Source: Gemmatimonadaceae bacterium
GTDB taxonomy: Bacteria; Gemmatimonadota; Gemmatimonadetes; Gemmatimonadales; Gemmatimonadaceae
NCBI GenBank assembly: GCA_033763905.1
Contig: JANRJP010000105.1
Coordinates: 1-25,712 of the forward strand
Length of the DNA stretch: 25,712 bases
Direction: 5' to 3'
Shown: positions 22,744-25,712 of the stretch, piece by piece
Layout of the letters: each line of letters starts with the position of its first letter
Numbering within the stretch: the stretch's first letter is position 1
Position numbers and translations under genes: made by a program
The notes under the pieces: model-generated
The model's database searches: none
The model's input: only the letters and a program-made list of their open reading frames with translations
What the model was told of the DNA's origin: nothing

Positions 22744-25059
22744 ATGAATACGCTACTTCGCCTGCGACTGGCGGCTCTCGCCGCCGTCTGTTTTCCATCT
22801 GTTCTCTCCGCACAGGGGACCGCGCCGACCGGCATCATCACGGGTCGGGTGATCACCGCTGTGACCGAAGCGCCTGTCGTCGGGGCAACGATCCGTGTGT
22901 TGGGTCAGGAGCTGGCCGTGCAGACCGACGATGCAGGCCGCTTCGCTCTTCGCGGTGTGCGCACCGGCATCGTATCGCTGGATGTGCGGCGGTTGGGCTT
23001 CGCGCCGACCACCAAGGGCGACATCTCGGTGTCGCCGGCCAAGCCAGCCGAAGTGCTGGTCACTCTGCGGCCGGTCGAGTTGCAGTTGCAGGCGGTCACC
23101 GTGCGACCTGAGGCGTTTCCCGCGCAGTTACCCCCCGCCACCCCCGTGTCGACGCAAACGTACACGGCCGAAGAAGTTCGGCGGCAGCCCGGCGCGCAGG
23201 AAGACGTGTTGCGTGCCATCTCCGTGGCACCGGGCGTCGGCGTGACGAATGCCGCGCGCAATGACATCGTCGTTCGCGGCGGTGCGCCGTTCGAGAACCT
23301 GTTCGTGGTCGACAACATCGAGGTCCCAAATATCAATCACTTCGGGTCCCAGGGCTCAACCGGCGGACCGGTGTCGCTGATCAACATCCGCTTCGTGGAG
23401 TCCGCGGCGCTCTCCGCTGGCGGTTTTGGCGCGCGGTACGGGGACCGCGCGTCGTCGGCCACCACGCTGACGCTGCGAGAGGGGAATCGGGAGCGGATTG
23501 CCGGAGAGCTCAACGTGGCGGCAACGCAGTACGGCGCGGTGCTGGAAGGGCCGATCGGCAGCACGGCATCGTTCTTCGTGAATGCCCGACAGAGCTACCT
23601 GGATCTGCTCTTCAAGGCGATCGGCCTGAGCTTCCTTCCGTCGTATACCGACCTCACAGCGAAGGCCGTGTGGCGTCCCACCTCACGCGATGCGATCAGC
23701 TTCTTGACGATCGGCGCTCGCGGGACGATCACCTTCAACAATGACAGCGACTCGTCGCGGGTCTCGAACTCGCAGATTCTGGCGCCCGCGCAAACGCAGT
23801 ACTTCAGCGGGCTGACCTGGAAGCGTCTGCTGCCGAAGGGCGTGCTGACGACCACGCTGGGCCGGACGTACACCAAGTACGAGACCGCGCAGCGCGACAG
23901 CCTGCTGACACCCATCTTTGAGAGCTTCTCGACCGAAGGAGAAAACACGCTCCGCTCCGATCTGACGTGGGTGCCACGCCCCGGGCTCGAACTCGAGACT
24001 GGGACGATTCTGAAGTATGCGTCGTCGCTCGAGTATGACGTGACGCTCAATGGTGCCTCGCGTCGCGACGAAAACGGCGTCGCCCAGCCGCTGCGAGTGG
24101 ACACGAACTTCACCGCGTGGCGCAACGGCACCTATGCGCAAGTCACGTGGCAGGCGCGACCGAAGCTCAGGGTTTCGGGTGGACTCCGCGGTGACTGGTA
24201 CGGTTTTCTCGACAACGCGATCCGTGTGGCCCCCCGTCTGAGCGCGTCGTATCAGGTCGATGCGGCCACGACGGTTGCGCTGTCGGGCGGTCGTTACTGG
24301 CAGGCTCCGAGCTACATCTGGCTCGTCGGCGCGCCCCAGAATCGCGAGACCCTCCGGCCGTTCCGTGCCGATCAGGCGGTGTTTGGCGTCACTCGCCTCG
24401 TCGGGGACGAACTCAAGGTGCAGTTCGAACTGTACGGCAAGCGATACGCGTCGTATCCGGGCCGCGTGTGGCGGCCCAACGCCGTGCTGAGCCCAAGCGG
24501 GTTCGACGATGCGGCGTCGGACATTCCCTTCGGGCTTGAGCCGCTGTCGTCGAGCGCAACCGGTGAGGCCTATGGTGCCGAAGTGTTCCTGCAGAAGAAG
24601 CTTGGGCGCACCCCGCTGTATGGTCAGGTGAGCGCGAGCTACAACCGCACACGGTTCACGGGCCTCGACGGAACGACGACCCGTGGGGCATTCGACACGC
24701 CAGTGCTGGCGAATGGCGTGCTTGGCTGGCGCCCCAACTCGCGATGGGAAGTGGCGACGCGACTGCGCGGCGCGACGGGATTGCCGACCACGCCATTCAT
24801 CACCACCGGTGCATTGGCGGGCGCGCTCGACTTCTCACAGTACAACCGCGACCGCATCGGCACCTTCTTCGCGGCGGATGTTCGTGTGGATCGTCGGTTC
24901 GTCTTCGGCAAGACCCAGTTGATCGCGTTCATCGACCTGCAGAACGTCACGAACCGCGTGAATCAGTCGGCGCCGCAGTGGAATCCGCGGACGCGTCAGC
25001 CGGAGCAGACCGGCGGCGTCGGCCTGCTGCCGACGATCGGGCTCAACTGGGAGTTCTGA
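22744..25059 (+). CDS. TonB-dependent receptor
   Basis: Start ATG 22744, 771 aa. Signal peptide LSA|Q; carboxypeptidase-like N-domain; plug PGV..IVVRGGAPFENLFVVDNIEV..GGFGARYGDRASS; barrel GGLRGD, APRLSASY, DLQNVTN; C-terminal Phe (GLNWEF). Confidence 0.93.
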   Translation: MNTLLRLRLAALAAVCFPSVLSAQGTAPTGIITGRVITAVTEAPVVGATIRVLGQELAVQTDDAGRFALRGVRTGIVSLDVRRLGFAPTTKGDISVSPAKPAEVLVTLRPVELQLQAVTVRPEAFPAQLPPATPVSTQTYTAEEVRRQPGAQEDVLRAISVAPGVGVTNAARNDIVVRGGAPFENLFVVDNIEVPNINHFGSQGSTGGPVSLINIRFVESAALSAGGFGARYGDRASSATTLTLREGNRERIAGELNVAATQYGAVLEGPIGSTASFFVNARQSYLDLLFKAIGLSFLPSYTDLTAKAVWRPTSRDAISFLTIGARGTITFNNDSDSSRVSNSQILAPAQTQYFSGLTWKRLLPKGVLTTTLGRTYTKYETAQRDSLLTPIFESFSTEGENTLRSDLTWVPRPGLELETGTILKYASSLEYDVTLNGASRRDENGVAQPLRVDTNFTAWRNGTYAQVTWQARPKLRVSGGLRGDWYGFLDNAIRVAPRLSASYQVDAATTVALSGGRYWQAPSYIWLVGAPQNRETLRPFRADQAVFGVTRLVGDELKVQFELYGKRYASYPGRVWRPNAVLSPSGFDDAASDIPFGLEPLSSSATGEAYGAEVFLQKKLGRTPLYGQVSASYNRTRFTGLDGTTTRGAFDTPVLANGVLGWRPNSRWEVATRLRGATGLPTTPFITTGALAGALDFSQYNRDRIGTFFAADVRVDRRFVFGKTQLIAFIDLQNVTNRVNQSAPQWNPRTRQPEQTGGVGLLPTIGLNWEF

Positions 25060-25065
25060 GCCGAC

Positions 25066-25710
25066 TCATCGCCGCGACGACGAGTCCGTCGTCGCGGCGG
25101 CAATGGCCGCACGCCACTGCTGCCACGTGCGCTGATCCGGCTCGAACGCGAGCCCGGCATCGAGCAGTCGTCGCGCGACATCCAGATCGCCCTGCCGCAT
25201 CGCGATCATCACGCGCAGCGTGCGCGCACGTCGGCCCCACACGTCCACTTCCAACGCGCGGTCCAGCCAGCCGATGGCCCGCGCAGTGTCGGCATTGGCC
25301 AGCGCGTATTGGGCGGCGCGATGGAGAATCTTGGTCTCGAGGTCGAAGTGCTGCAGTGACTCGCCCAAGGCGTCGTAGGCGCCTGCGCGGTCGCCACGGG
25401 ACTGCCGTTCTTCGGCCAGATACCACCAGCCGCGATAGCTCTCGGGGTTCCGCGTGGTCATCGCTTCGAACACGGCGCGCGAATCACGCCACGCCGGGAC
25501 GTCGCGAACGGTGATCGCGGCACCGACGCCCGCCAGCAACACGAGCAAGGCGGTGGCTGCCGGCGGGCGCCAGCGCTCGGCCGCCGCCACCACCGCGGCG
25601 CCGAGCAATGCGGCGCCGATGCTGGCGGGATACAGCGCTCGCTCCGCGAGGATGATGCCCGTCTTGAACACGAGGTTCGACACCGGCAGCCAGCACAGCA
25701 GCAGGACACC
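25066..25710 (-). CDS. TMTC-like (DUF1736-type) membrane glycosyltransferase with C-terminal TPRs, 3' part only
   Basis: Frame is open to the window edge (GVLLLCWLPVSNLVFKTGIILAERALYPAS). The P.SNL...G...AER.LY and R...W motifs followed by TPR-like helices match the TMTC family pattern. Confidence 0.78.
   Translation of the reverse strand, partial: GVLLLCWLPVSNLVFKTGIILAERALYPASIGAALLGAAVVAAAERWRPPAATALLVLLAGVGAAITVRDVPAWRDSRAVFEAMTTRNPESYRGWWYLAEERQSRGDRAGAYDALGESLQHFDLETKILHRAAQYALANADTARAIGWLDRALEVDVWGRRARTLRVMIAMRQGDLDVARRLLDAGLAFEPDQRTWQQWRAAIAAATTDSSSRR
25070..25099. terminator. Perfect 13-bp stem / 4-nt loop hairpin after the receptor stop
   Basis: CGCCGCGACGACG-AGTC-CGTCGTCGCGGCG, 10 nt after TGA 25059 and within the last codons of the convergent gene. 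No U-tract. Confidence 0.55.
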
Positions 25711-25712
25711 AA

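Noticed and set aside
1..25712. CRISPR arrays, tRNA/rRNA genes, riboswitches, IS/integrase/phage or defence genes
   Set aside because: No repeat-spacer periodicity or recognisable motifs, and all intergenic gaps are about 150 bp or less. A covariance-model search was not run, so a small RNA cannot be strictly excluded.

Overview
A 25.7-kb, very GC-rich bacterial chromosomal window. The gene content and style suggest Gemmatimonadota, but this is inference and was not verified. It is almost fully coding, with 18 CDSs, two cut by the window edges. The left half is a ~12.4-kb + strand run: DUF58, BatA/vWA membrane protein, mfd, a parvulin lipoprotein, a SurA-like protein, pdxA, a Zn-type CDF exporter and a PilT-family ATPase. 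The middle is a - strand block: yaeQ, a TPR + beta-barrel protein, a SigK-like ECF sigma factor and an RskA-like anti-sigma. The right half is envelope-related: a 1247-aa TonB-dependent-receptor-like protein with a beta-propeller partner, an unknown membrane protein, a second TonB-dependent receptor and a partial TMTC-like glycosyltransferase. I saw no rRNA, tRNA, CRISPR array or mobile element. Most notable: (1) the large receptor continues past its barrel into a domain with two LTxxQ motifs (Spy/CpxP-like) and a Gly-rich tail. (2) A SigK-type promoter (TGCATCCG, GCATCC-N15-RCGAAY) occurs upstream of both the sigma gene and the second receptor. (3) The PilT carries a degenerate duplicate of its N-terminal domain. 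(4) All three convergent gene junctions contain long perfect inverted repeats without U-tracts. (5) All six predicted signal-peptidase-I substrates start with Gln. All family assignments come from motif recognition by eye; no database search was run.
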